DNA of 64,000 nt from an uncultured Actinomycetes bacterium (GTDB lineage Bacteria; Actinomycetota; Thermoleophilia; Gaiellales; Gaiellaceae), in NCBI GenBank assembly GCA_963770815.1, contig CAVYQV010000017.1, positions 853 to 64,852 on the forward strand. The letters are read 5' to 3'. Shown one piece after another: positions 1-10,709 of this stretch. Position 1 is the stretch's first letter; each line of letters begins with the position of its first letter. A program made the translations under genes and the position numbers. The notes under the pieces were generated by a model, which saw only the letters and a program-made list of their open reading frames with translations, had not been told where the DNA came from and made no database searches.

Positions 1-18
1 GCGCGCGTGCCTACGCGT

Positions 19-887
19 TCACATGGGACGCATCCGCCGATGCCGTTCTGCAGGCTCTCGAGAGGGCCTGCCGCCTTCCGCGACGCTAGGAGCGGACAGC
101 CCCGGCTCCTCCGCCGGCTTCCGGCCGAAGACGAAGACGAGGTCGCCTCGTGTTCGCCGCCACGGAAAGGAAGCCGCTCGGACGAGCGAGAGGTAGAGCC
201 GGTCCGGCAGGGCGAAACGCAGCGGCTCGAGATGGGTGAGGAACACCGTCTCGAACGGTAAGCCCGAGTCCGCGAGCACCGATCGGAGGGCGTCCGCGTC
301 GATCGGCGCTTCCACCGACTCCGGGATGTCGTCTTCGTGCGTCCCCGGCAGCCGCCGCAACCTGTGCCAGACACCCGCACCGATCCGCTTGAGCGGCGTC
401 GTATTCACACACGGCTCGGACACGTAGAAGAATCCGCCCGGCTTGAGCACCCTGACGAGCTCGAGGATGCACGGCCGGATGTCCTCGAGGTGGTGCAGCA
501 GTCCTTGACAGGTGACGCAGTCGAACTCCGCAGCTGGGAAAGGCAGGCTCCGCACGTCCGCGGTCATCAGCTCGTACTTTCCGGCGCCTCGGCTGCCTGC
601 GAGCTTCTCCTCTGCGATCGCGAGCATGTCGGGCGAATGGTCGACTCCGACCACGTCGAAGCCTCGCTCCGAAGGGAAACGGTGATCACGCCCGTCCCGC
701 AGCCGAGGTCGAGGGCGCGCCCTCGACCCACCGAGCTCGCGACCCGGTCGAGGAACGGGTCGAGCAGAAACCGGTGGTAGATCCCGAAGACCGCCGTGAC
801 GTCGGCGTCGTAGGACGTCGCCGTGGCTTCGTGATACGCGATGTCGCGGCGTGAAAACTCGTCGGCGGCCACGCCCCGTAATAGCAA
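19..887 (-). pseudogene. class I SAM-dependent methyltransferase, split by one frameshift
   Basis: The N-terminal part, with SAM motif I 'ALDLGCGTGVITV', is in ORF 567..887. The rest ('FDVVGVDHSPDML...LHHLED...LKPGGFFYVSEP') is in ORF 19..927. The frames join near 675-680, where one base appears to be missing (expected ...SL-x-ERGFDVVGVD). Confidence 0.7.
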
Positions 888-937
888 AGGTCCCGACAGT
901 CGGCAGGCGTGTGCCGATCCTCGGCATCCTAGGGCTG

Positions 938-2054
938 ATGCGCGAGACGGAGATTGAGAGCGAGCGCCGAGCGCGAGTGCTCGCGTTCTACCTGCCGCAG
1001 TTTCATCCGGTTCCGGAGAACAACGAATGGTGGGGGGCCGGATTCACCGAGTGGACGAACGCGGCCAAGGCTCGACCGCTCTTTCGCGGGCATCGACCAG
1101 CCGCATCTGCCGGCCGATCTCGGCTTCTACGACCTGCGCCTCCCCGAGGCGCGAGAAGGCACAGGCGGCGCTGGCGCGGGAGCTACGGCATCGAGGCGTT
1201 CTGCTACTGGCACTACTGGTTCGCCGGGCCGGCGCATTCTCGAGCGTCCCTACACGGAGATGCTGGAGTCGGGTCGGCCGGACTTCTCGTTCTGTCTCGC
1301 GTGGGCGAATCAGACGTGGAGCGGCATCTGGTACGACGAAGCCGACCGGGTGCTGATCGAGCAGACGTACCCCGGCGCCGACGACGATCGCGCGCACTTC
1401 GAGCACGTCCTCCCCGCGTTCCGGGACAGTCGCTATTTCCGAGTCGAGGGCAAGCCGCTCTTCTACCTCTTCCGCCCCGAGCTGCATCCCGAGCCGGCGG
1501 CATTCGTGGAGCGGTGGCAGAGAATGGCAGCCGAGGCGGGCCTCGAAGGTCTCTACCTCGTCGCAGAGCTCAGCGATCTTCTCGGTGGACGGGCCGAAGT
1601 ACGCCGAGCTTCGCCGAGGATGGCTTCGATGCGGGTGTCTACATACGGACTCCGGCCGTGGTGAACACGCGCTCGGTCCTGCGGATGCGCTTCGACCGCA
1701 AGGTGCTGCGTAGGCCGGAGCACTACGAGTACGCGCCTGACCCGATCGGCAACGCCGCCTCAGCTGCGAAGCGACAGCGTTCATCCGTGTGTCTATCCGA
1801 ACTGGGACAACACTCCCCGGTCAGGCCGGCGGGGCCTCGTCCTTACCGAGTCGTCGCCGGATCGTTTTCGCCGTCACCTGAGAGCCGCGGTCGACACGCT
1901 CGCGCATCGTTCGGCGGAGCATCGCCTCCTGTTCATCAAGTCCTGGAACGAGTGGGCGGAGGGCAACTATCTCGAGCCAGACCTCGACCACGGACGCGGG
2001 TTCCTGGAGGCCCTGGCAGACGAAATGGGCGCGCGGAGACCCACGGAGAGCTAG
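938..2054 (+). pseudogene. WbsX-like glycosyltransferase / GH99-like domain protein with at least 6 frame changes
   Basis: Family-typical blocks lie in alternating frames: 'RVLAFYLPQFHPVPENNEWWGAGFTEWTN' (frame of 851), 'DQPHLPADLGFYDLRLPEAR' (frame of 954), 'AQAALARE' (frame of 1027), 'YGIEAFCYWHYWFAG' (851), 'RRILERPYTEML...FCLAWANQTWSGIW...' (954), 'FAEDGFDAGVYIRTP' (851), then 'VHPCVYPNWDNTPRSG...FIKSWNEWAEGNYLEPD' ending at TAG 2052-2054. Confidence 0.65.
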
Positions 2055-2059
2055 CGACG

Positions 2060-3115
2060 ATGAGGCCGCTACGCATTGCCATGGTCTCCTACTACATGCC
2101 CTCGGAGAGCAAGCTCGGGACGGGGCACCAGGTTCACGCGCTGGCGAACGCACTCGTCGATCGCGGCCATGAGGTTACCGTCTTCACTCGGTGCAGCCCC
2201 TCAGCCGGCGCGCGCTACCGCACGCGCACGGTCGGGGTGGAGGGTTCGCTGCGCACGTTCAAGTTCGCGAAGCGCCTGCGCCAGGTTGATTGGGCCTGCT
2301 TCGACGTCCTGCACGCCCACAGCAGCGATTTTCTTCTCTGGGGCATCAGTTCGCCCCCGCGCATTCGGACGCTGCACGGCAGTTCACTGAGGGAAGCGAT
2401 CCATATTCATGGTTTGGCGGCGCGAGCGGCGATGCTCTACTACGCGGCTTGCGAGACCACCGCGTCACTCGCCGCCGACACTTCAGTCGCGGTCTCTCGC
2501 AATACGCAGAACTGGTTGCCCTGGGTGCGCACTCGAATTCCAAACGGTGTGGATCTCGCACGATTCACACCCGGCGAGAAGTCCCCGCATCCAAGCCTCT
2601 TATTCGTCGGCACGTACCTCCAGCGAAAGCGTGGCCGGCTCCTCGTCCACCTCTTCGAGCAGGACATTCGCCCCAAGGTGCCGGATGCCGAACTCTGGCT
2701 CGTCAGCGAGGATGCACCGGAGCGGCCAGGAGTGAAGGTCTTCCCGCGTCTTCCCGAGGCTGACCTTCAGGAGCTCTATCGCAGCGCTTGGGTGTTCTGC
2801 CTCCCAAGTACCTATGAAGGATTCGGAATTCCCTACATCGAGGCCATGGCTTCGGGCACTCCAGTGGTCGCGACGCGCAACGCCGGAGCGATCGAGGTCA
2901 CCGAGAACGGTCGCTACGGCGCTCTGGTCGCGGACGATGAACTGGCGGGGACTCTCCTGCGGCTTCTCGAGTCTCCTTCCGACCGCGAGCACCTCGCAGC
3001 CGACGCGCTGCGGCACGTAGAGAAGTTCAGCCTCGCAAGCGTCGCGGAGAGCTACGAGAGTCTCTACTTCAGCCTGGTCGAACGCTCTCGAGGTGCGGCT
3101 GGAAGCGGTCCCTGA
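2060..3115 (+). CDS. glycosyltransferase family 4 (GT-B fold)
   Basis: ATG at 2060, in frame with ORF 851..3115. Starts 'MRPLRIAMVSYYMP...GTGHQVHALANALVDRGHEVTVF' and has the C-terminal 'STYEGFGIPYIEAMASGTPVVAT' EX7E-type motif. Confidence 0.85.
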   Translation: MRPLRIAMVSYYMPSESKLGTGHQVHALANALVDRGHEVTVFTRCSPSAGARYRTRTVGVEGSLRTFKFAKRLRQVDWACFDVLHAHSSDFLLWGISSPPRIRTLHGSSLREAIHIHGLAARAAMLYYAACETTASLAADTSVAVSRNTQNWLPWVRTRIPNGVDLARFTPGEKSPHPSLLFVGTYLQRKRGRLLVHLFEQDIRPKVPDAELWLVSEDAPERPGVKVFPRLPEADLQELYRSAWVFCLPSTYEGFGIPYIEAMASGTPVVATRNAGAIEVTENGRYGALVADDELAGTLLRLLESPSDREHLAADALRHVEKFSLASVAESYESLYFSLVERSRGAAGSGP

Positions 3116-3963
3116 GCTCTCCGAAGGCCGAGTGCTCGCCGCGGACATCGCGGAGCGTCCGGAGGAGCTCATGTTGCGCCTCGGTCATGTCGCCGTCCGC
3201 GTGGGTTCCGGAAGCCGAGTGCAGGTTGTGCCTGAGATCAGCGTCGACGCACGACCGCAGTACTTCGACGCCCGGTTGGTGTGTGGCTAGCCCTTGCGCT
3301 GCCAAGAACCTGCTCAGCTCTAGGGCCACTGCCACACAGTCGCCCACCAGATCTTCATAGGCAGCGATGAACGCAGGCAGCCCACGGGCATTTGCGAGCA
3401 GCGCACGGTTGTAGGCCTCCCGCCAGCCGTAGAGCCTGTCTCTTCGGCATCCGGTCTCGTGCCGCGAGTGAGTCTGCTACCTCGAGGGGGTTTCGGAAGA
3501 TGCCTACGACGATGGGATCGAATCGCAGGGCACGGAGCCCAGAACGGCAGCAGTAGCACGGTGCGGGGGTAGCTTCCAGACCCATTGCTCCGCGCCTACC
3601 GTAGACATCGCGGAAGACTTCTCGCGCAAGTCCAACTCGTCGCACGAGACGCCAGTTGCGCTCCCAACCGAACCGCAGCGGAGGGGGTGTCTTCCAGTCC
3701 CCACCGAGCTTCTCCAAGAGCGACTCCTGGAACTCTGTGAGTCTTCTGCTTTCCCAATACCCTCTTTGGTTGGCCCCGCTGGGAGCCATCAGATCTCGGT
3801 GGTCACCAAGTTCGGGACCGAGCAGACCGACGACGCTCGTAATCGCAGAAGTGCCACTTCGGTGCATGCCGAGGACGAGGACACCCTTGCTTCCACCCCG
3901 GGGGCGTTTCATCCCGGCGATGACGTCGGCTGCGATTCCCGCATAGCGGCGAACTCCGTCCAT
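3069..3963 (-). pseudogene. sulfotransferase family protein with about 4 frame changes
   Basis: The PAPS-binding 5'-PSB motif 'VLVLGMHRSGTSAI' is in ORF 3355..4038. The next blocks are 'WVWKLPP' (ORF 3504..3704), 'LLLPFW' (ORF 3320..3559), 'RFDPIVVGIFRNPLEVADSLAARD' (back in 3355..4038), then 'YGWREAYNRALLANARGLPAFIAAYEDLVGDCVAV...' (frame of ORF 3069..3347). The ATG at 3963 overlaps the upstream stop (TGATG). Confidence 0.65.
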
Positions 3964-5156
3964 CAGCCCTGGCTGCGCGTCGGCGATTCGAGTGCCGCCC
4001 GAAGGGCAGCCTCGAAGGCCTCGGCCCGGTCTTCCCAATCCGGTGGCTCGATCGCCTCTCTCCGCTGACGGGCGGCGGACAGGACTTCGCTGACGCGAGC
4101 GGTGAATTCCTCCCGCGGGACGACCTCAAATGCGTCCGGATGCTCGCGGAAGCCTGGCAAAGGCGTGACGACGGTCGGCGTGGGAGTGGCCATGCACTCG
4201 TAGGCTTTGATCGGGTCGAGGCTCTCCATGAACGGCGTAACGAGATGTGGGACGACCAGGACGTCGGCGTGCTGGAGGTACGCCGGCAGCTCCGAATACG
4301 GCCGAGGCCCGAGGAAGGCGACGTTCGGAAATCGCTCGAGGAGTTGCTGAGACGAACGGGAGAAGGCGTTCGGCCCGACGAAGACGATTCCGACCTCGGG
4401 GAGCGCTCCCGCGAGTTCAGCGACAAGGCCGACGTCGATCCGAGCGTCGTGTGCCGTCCCCGCGTACACGGCCACCGGCTCGGGCGGGAGATCGTTGGGA
4501 CGAGGCTGCGGCTTCCTGAAGTGGGCGCCATCGACGGCGTTCGGCACGAGCCACACTGGCCGCACGGCCCCACGGGTCTCCACCAGGGCCGCGGAACAGA
4601 CGACAACCTGATCGGCGGTGGCGAGCGCGAGCTCGTCGAGATCGCGAAGCCGTCCGATCTCTCGCTCCCCGAAAGGCGCCAGGAGCCAGTCGTCCGACAC
4701 GTCGTAGACCGAGCGCCACCCGGTCTGGTCGATCAGCGGCGCGTAGGTGACGTCGTTGATCCAGAGCAGCGGCTCGCTCAGACCAAAACGGCGTGCAGCT
4801 ACGCGAACCTGAATCCGAAGAAGTGAGTCGCTGACCGGCCCGGCGCGCCGCGGCAGAGGCTTGATCGGTCGCAATACGCGCAGACGTCCGTCGGAGGTGA
4901 TCGTTCTCAGGCGGGGGAGCGCCGGCCGTCGACGCTCGGAGAGGTCGAAGAGCGGATCAACCGGCGGTTCGACGAAGAGCACGCGGAGGTCCGGGTTCCG
5001 GCGCAGAAGCGCGTCAGTCAGGAAGTTGTTGCGGTTCCAGACCTGATCCCATGCCTTCAGGGAACAGACGACGAGTTCGCGGAGCTCGGGCCTGGCTGTT
5101 TCTGCTTGTGACCGAGTACGGAACTCGGCCTGTTCTGCTGCTCGGCTAGGAGTCAT
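3963..5156 (-). CDS. GT-B fold glycosyltransferase (family 1/4-like, TuaH-like)
   Basis: Intact 397-aa ORF. The C-terminal half has a GT-B-like nucleotide-sugar binding region ('VAVYAGT...VFVGP...ADVLVVPH...ESLDPIKAYECMATPTPTVVT'). It overlaps its neighbours at start and stop, consistent with an operon. Confidence 0.65.
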   Translation of the reverse strand: MTPSRAAEQAEFRTRSQAETARPELRELVVCSLKAWDQVWNRNNFLTDALLRRNPDLRVLFVEPPVDPLFDLSERRRPALPRLRTITSDGRLRVLRPIKPLPRRAGPVSDSLLRIQVRVAARRFGLSEPLLWINDVTYAPLIDQTGWRSVYDVSDDWLLAPFGEREIGRLRDLDELALATADQVVVCSAALVETRGAVRPVWLVPNAVDGAHFRKPQPRPNDLPPEPVAVYAGTAHDARIDVGLVAELAGALPEVGIVFVGPNAFSRSSQQLLERFPNVAFLGPRPYSELPAYLQHADVLVVPHLVTPFMESLDPIKAYECMATPTPTVVTPLPGFREHPDAFEVVPREEFTARVSEVLSAARQRREAIEPPDWEDRAEAFEAALRAALESPTRSQG

Positions 5157-6006
5157 TCAGCCAGGAGACCTTCTGCCCAGCGACGCGGCCCACGAACGTA
5201 GATGGCCGCTCGCCGTCTGGCCAGCGAGCGTCGCTCGCCCCGCAGCACCACCGCCCTCACAGCCGCGCCGAAGCCTGCGGCAGCGCGGTAGATCCACCAG
5301 CCAGTCGTACCGAACCACTTGCGGATATAGGTCTCGTGGGCTGCGTGGAAGAGAGCCTCGCGTCGCGCCGGATCGTCGCTAGTGCCGGCCCCCGCATGTA
5401 CGGCCACCGCCTCGGCACATACCGCCGAATGCCAGCCCGCGTCAGTTGCTCGCCGCTGCCAGTCGGTCTCCTCGCAATAGAGGAAGAAGCGCTCGTCGAA
5501 GAACCCGATCTCTCGGATCGCGTCCCAGTCGAGCAGCAAGACCGCACCGATCACGAATCGCCGACCGAACCCCAAGAAACGGCCGAGCCCGAAGGCTTCC
5601 AGCCATGCTCGCCAGGGCGACGGGAAGGGCCAAGCCACTCGTTCGTCCCTCCCGTCGGCGTCGAGGAGGCGGGGGGCTGTGGCTGCGAGGGTGTCGGATG
5701 AACGGGCGTATGCCACGAGCGTCTTCAGGTCATCCGGCTGGATGACTGCGTCGGGATTGAGCAGGAGGACGTTTGTCGGAGATGTCGCCTCGAGACGTTT
5801 GAGGGCGATGTTGACGCCGGCGCCGAAGCCACGGTTCGAGCCCGGGTCGAGATAGTCGGCGCCGTGGCGCGCCGCTATGGCCGCGATATTGCCGGAGCTG
5901 GAGTTGTCCACGACCGTCAGCGGGACGTGGCCCGCGAGGGGTGCGAGTGCGGTGTCAAGAGCATCCGCATGGCCGTAGGCGACAACGACGACGTGGACGG
6001 CCTCAA
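5153..6006 (-). pseudogene. family 2 glycosyltransferase with an apparent indel just after the start
   Basis: ORF 5153..5911 carries the GT2 core ('VVDNSSSGN...GFGAGVNIAL...LLLNPD...ETDW'). GT2 homology ('EAVHVVVVAYGHADALDTALAPLAG') continues upstream to 6002 with no in-frame ATG/GTG/TTG. A TTG at 6006-6004 overlaps the upstream stop (TTGA) but is 1 nt out of frame. The length 6006-5153 is not a multiple of 3. Confidence 0.55.
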
Positions 6007-7331
6007 GCTGCGTCGGGCACCTCCTCCTGCCGCCGCCGTGCGAACTCGCCGCAGGCCATTCCGACGAGCAGCCAGCCGAGGAGCGGAGTTCCTCGTACCC
6101 AGTAGACGTCGACGAGGCCGTGCGCGGCGGTGGCGAGCAGCACGGCCGCCGCGGCTGCCGCCAGGGGGATCCCCCTCATCTTCGTGAAGAGCGCGACCGC
6201 CGACCCCAAGACGAGAAGCACGAATGACACTGCGAGGCCGTAGCCTCCCTCCGCTGCTTGGAGCAGGAGCACCTCGTGCGGGTCATTGCTCGGCAGCTTG
6301 CTGTTGGCATCCGCTGTTTGGTAGTTCCCGACGCCGACTCCTACCCACGGGTGGCGCGCGATGATCGCGCGCGCATCCGTAGAGAGTTGTTGCCTGATTT
6401 TCAGGTCGTATGCGGCGGGTGTGTTCGTGCCCGCTGAGAGGGTCGTGACTCGCGTTCGCAGCGAGCTCGGCATCAACATGAAGGCGACCACGGCGAGGGC
6501 CACCAGGAGGACGATCCGTCGCCTGACGAGCCGAGCGGCGTGGCCGGTGAAGATGCCGATCACGACCACGCCCACGATCGTGGCCCCTATTGCTCCACGG
6601 CTCTCGGTGTAGAGGAGCCCGGGCACGAGAATCAGCAAACAGGGGAAGAGCTTGCGCAGCGAAGGTATCGCGATCAGCACGAGGATCGCGTTTGCGATCA
6701 TCTGTCCTACCGGGTTCTTCTGCCCGATGCTCTGTGCGAACGGCCAGACGATCGCAAGTGCTGTCGCCGCCAGGACATAGGCCCTGAGCACGACGAGATA
6801 CTGGTCGGAGATCGCTGCGAAGGCTCCGACGATGAGCGGAAGCAGGAAGAGCTCGTAGCGCTGCCCGGTCTTGAGAATCTCGCCGACGCCCAGGTGTACG
6901 GTCAGCAAGAGCAACATGACCACTCCGTACTGAAGGACGGGCGCCTTCACGGCTCGCAAGGCCCCGAGGCCGGGCAATGAACCTGTCGCGCTGGCTCGGA
7001 AGAGAAGACCCGCGAACGCAAACAGGAGGAGTAGATCGCTCGGCGAGATATTGAAACCGCCGCGACCCCCGGTGAGGCTGTACGTGATCGGGATCGAAGC
7101 TCCGAGCAGAAAGAGCACAGCCCCTGGTTGGGCAAATAGCCAGGCGAGGAGCGGGAGCGCACAAAAGGCAGCGGCGATTAGCACTTGGCCGCGGAAGACG
7201 AGGAAGCCCGCCGCCAAGGCAGCGGCAGCGCAAGCCACGAACACGGCGAGCGTCAGGGCTCCGTCCGGGCCTGATGCGCGGGCCGAACGCATCGTCCGAG
7301 ATCTGGGGACGGCGAAAGTCCCGCTCGTCAT
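6003..7331 (-). CDS. O-antigen ligase/polymerase-like polytopic membrane protein (Wzy_C family)
   Basis: 442-aa ORF, very hydrophobic with many predicted TM segments. It has a periplasmic-loop block 'YTESRGAIGATIVG' and lies in the polysaccharide locus. Its ATG overlaps the upstream stop (ATGA at 7328-7331). Confidence 0.7.
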   Translation of the reverse strand: MTSGTFAVPRSRTMRSARASGPDGALTLAVFVACAAAALAAGFLVFRGQVLIAAAFCALPLLAWLFAQPGAVLFLLGASIPITYSLTGGRGGFNISPSDLLLLFAFAGLLFRASATGSLPGLGALRAVKAPVLQYGVVMLLLLTVHLGVGEILKTGQRYELFLLPLIVGAFAAISDQYLVVLRAYVLAATALAIVWPFAQSIGQKNPVGQMIANAILVLIAIPSLRKLFPCLLILVPGLLYTESRGAIGATIVGVVVIGIFTGHAARLVRRRIVLLVALAVVAFMLMPSSLRTRVTTLSAGTNTPAAYDLKIRQQLSTDARAIIARHPWVGVGVGNYQTADANSKLPSNDPHEVLLLQAAEGGYGLAVSFVLLVLGSAVALFTKMRGIPLAAAAAAVLLATAAHGLVDVYWVRGTPLLGWLLVGMACGEFARRRQEEVPDAA

Positions 7332-9165
7332 CTCGCCCGAGCCAGCCTGAGGGCGCGACCTGGTGCGTCAAACTCGGGAACGGCCGCGCAGATCTCGTCG
7401 AAGGTGCCCAGCGCCTGCGCCTTGCCCCCGTCGAGGTACAGGATTCGGTCGCAGTTTCGAACGGTCGTCACGCGGTGGGTGACGACGATCATCGTGATGC
7501 CGCGGTGGAGCGAGTTCAGCGTCTCGACGATCTGCCGCTCTGTCACTTGGTCGAGGTTCGAGGTCGCCTCGTCGAGGACGAGCACGCTCGGCTGCGTGTA
7601 CAGGGCCCGCGCGAGTCCGACCCGCTGTTTCTGGCCGCCCGAGAGGCGCACGCCGCGCTCGCCGACGCGCGTGTCCAGTCCCGTCCGGCAGGCGGGCCAC
7701 GACGTCGTCGAGTTCTGCGAGCCGTATGGCTTCGAGCAGGCGCTCGTCGTCGATTTCGTCGCCGTACCAGCCGAGCGCGACGTTCGCGCGCAGCGTGTCG
7801 TCGACGAGGTACACGTCCTGCGGCACGTAGCCGATCGAGCGCTGCCACGCCTCGCGGCGCCGGGCGAGCGGCGCACCGTCGACCAGGACCGTGCCGCGGT
7901 CCGGCTCGAGGATCCCGAGGATCACGTCGAGCAGCGTGCTCTTCCCCGAGCCCGTCTTCCCGACGATCCCGAACGACTCTCCCGCGCCGATAGCGAACGA
8001 GACCTCGCGCAGCGCCGGCTCGCTCCGAGTCGGATAGCGGAACCAGACGTCCTCGAGCCGCACCTCCCGTTCGAGCCGGTGCGGGACCTGCTCTTCTGCA
8101 GGCTCCGGCTCGGCAGGCTTGCGCGTACGAGCCGAAGGTTGCGAGCTCGCGTTCGACGAAGTCGATCGCGCCGTAGCTGTACTGGACCGAGTTGGTGAGG
8201 AAGAGGATCTGGTTCAGCGCGGGCAGCAGTCTGAACGCTCCGGCGAGCACGAGGCCGACCGCCGGCAGCACCGCATCGCGTCCGCCGGTCAGGCCTGCGA
8301 CGCCGACGACGAGGACGGCACCGATCACGAGCGAGGTCTCGAGCATGTAGCGCAGGCTGCCGTTGACAACCGACGCCACCCGCTGTGCGGCGTTGATCTT
8401 GCGTGTCTGCGCAACCGCGCCCTCCGCGTAGAAGAGGGCACGACCGCGGAGCTGCAGCTCCTTCGCCGCCGCCAGTCCCTGCATCACGAGCCGGTAGCGC
8501 TCGCCGGAGAGCTCCTGCACCACCCGGCCGCGCCGCGCCAGGCCGCCCCTGACGACCCGCACCCACAGAACGGCGATCAGCGCGAAGTAGACGATTGCGG
8601 CCACGGCGACCGAGGGACTCGCGAGGATCAGCCCGAGCGCGACGGCGACGGCTACGGCACCGTTCGCCACCAGTGAGACCGACGAGAAGACGACGCCGTT
8701 GACGACCTGGTCGACGGAGCCCAGGACCGTCCGCAGCGTCTCGGAGGAATTCTGCTCGAGCCGCACCAGTTGCGGCGCTCGCGCGTGGCCGATCAGTAGC
8801 CGCGAGATGAGGCCGGCCTGCGCGGAGTTGGTCGCCCCGACCGTCAGCCAGAGCACGAACACCGAGAGCAGGCTGCGGGCGATGAAGAGCGCCGAAGTGA
8901 TTGCGAGCAGGATCAGGGCGGTCCGGTAGCGGTCGGAGGTGCTGAGGCCGAGCGCCCGGATCGCGGAGTCGGCGACGCCACCGAGCGGCTGCTTGGTCAT
9001 CAGGCTGACGAGGGCGTAGATGAGGATGAGCGCGACCGTGTCGAGCCCGGCGATCAGGACGCCGTAGAGCGCGACCAGCCGCAGTCGCCTGCGGTCGCGG
9101 GGAGCGACGAGATCCCAGGCCCGCCTGATCCCCTGGATCAGCCGGCCGTCAGCCCCCTCTGCCAT
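7328..9165 (-). pseudogene. ABC exporter (fused permease + ATPase, MsbA-like) with two frameshifts
   Basis: The TMD is in ORF 7543..9165. Walker A 'GKTGSGKST' is in ORF 7368..8063. The signature 'LSGGQKQR' and Walker B 'VLVLDEATS' are in ORF 7328..7876. The frames join near 8112 and at 7679, where 'LPDG-LDTRVGERG' is broken by one extra base. Confidence 0.75.
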
Positions 9166-9166
9166 G

Positions 9167-10709
9167 TCAGTGCGCCCGATCTCCGTCGAACATCGCCGGC
9201 ACGGTCCCGCACATCAGGCGCACGTCGTGCCACAGCGACCAGTTGGTGACATACAGGTAGTCGAGCCTGACCATCTCCTCGAACGGGATGTCGCTGCCAC
9301 CGAGCACCTGCCAGAGGCCGGTGATGCCGGGCCTCAGGTCGAGACGGTGCTCGCCCCAGTCGGAGACGTGCTCCGCCTCGGCCGGGATCAGCGGCCGCGG
9401 GCCGACGAGGCTCATCTCGCCGCGCAGGACGTTCCAGAGCTGCGGCAGCTCGTCGATCGAGGTCCGGCGCAGGATCCGCCCGACGCGGGTCACGCGCGGG
9501 TCGTTCGGAACCTTGAACATGCGCGGGTCGTCGACGGCGTGCATGTTGAGGTGCTCGACGGTCTTCTTCAGCGCCTCGGCGTTATGCACCATCGTCCGGA
9601 ACTTGACGATCGAGAACTCGCGGCCCGACTCCCCGACCCTTGGCTGCCGGAAGAACACCGGGCCGGCACTGTCGAGCTTGATCGCGACGGCGGCCAGGAG
9701 GAAGAGCGGACTGAGCAGTACGAGGGCGAGAGCCGAGACTGCGATGTCCATCGTGCGCTTCAAGATGCGAGCCGACAGGCCGAGCGCCCGCGGTGGCAGA
9801 CAGAGGACGGAGATGCCCTCGACGCTGCTCACGCTGGTGCTGGGACCGATCAGCTCGAAGTAGCGCGGCACGATGTCGACCTGCACGAAGGCGTCCTTGA
9901 GCGAGCGGATCAGGGAGAGGATCCGCTCATGCGACCCACGCGAGAAGGCGATGATCACCCGTTCGATGTCGAAGGCGCGGATGATCGCGGCAAGCCGCTC
10001 GGGCGGCCCGAGGATGGTCAGGTCTTCGACATCCCGCATCGGCTGTTTCGGTTCGCTGTCGACGAAGCCGACGACGTTGACGCCGTACTCCGGGTGACGC
10101 AGCAGCTTCTCGGCGATCGTCTGGCCGACCTCGCCGGCGCCGACGATGACCGTGTTCTGGACGAAGCTCTCACGGCCGCGGACGATCGACCGCGCAAGCG
10201 CTCGGGCCAGCGGCACCATGACCACCGCGAGCGTCCAGAAGATCAGGAGTTTCGTCACCGGCGGATGCGCGATCCCCGTCAGCCAGGTGAACGCGAAGAA
10301 GAGCCAGGTGCAGACGGTGACCATGTTGAACACGCTTGCGGTTTCGTCGACGGTGGCGTGGGTCGTGCGCCGGTCGTCCTGGCCGTAGAGCCCGTAGAGC
10401 CGCGCGACGAACACCCATCCTGGGAGCGTGAGGACAAAGAGAAGCGTCTCCGCGCCGAAGCTGAACTTGCCGGTGAGCGGTCCACTGTCGGCGATCTCCG
10501 CTGCGAAGAAGGCGACGAGGAGTCCGAGGAGATCGGCGCAGACGCAGGAAGCGCCGCACGACCCAGCCGCGGCGGTGCACGCTGGCCGAGAGGCGCCGCC
10601 GCTCGAGGATCTCGAGTGTCCGCTCACCGACGACGTCCTCCAGCGCCTCCCACTCGGCCAGCCTCCCGGCCAGCGTCCCCTCGTCGGCGCTCGTGGCGGG
10701 CTCGGTCAA
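9167..10709 (-). pseudogene. polyprenyl-phosphate hexose-1-phosphate transferase (WbaP/bacterial sugar transferase family); N-terminal frameshift suspected
   Basis: The catalytic C-terminus is intact in ORF 9167..10627 ('GPVFFRQPRVGESGREFSIVKFRTM...DELPQLWNVLRGEMSLVGPRP'). A TTG at 10709 overlaps the Wzc stop (TTGA) and opens ORF 10170..10709, whose 'RRGWVVRRFL' should lead into 'ADLLGLLVAFF' of the other frame (join near 10545). The total length is 3n+1. Confidence 0.7.

Noticed and set aside
851-3115. The 754-aa ORF treated as a single gene.
   Set aside because: It concatenates fragments of the frame-broken WbsX-like gene with an independent GT4 gene that starts at 2060. The WbsX-like gene has its own stop at 2052-2054 in another frame.
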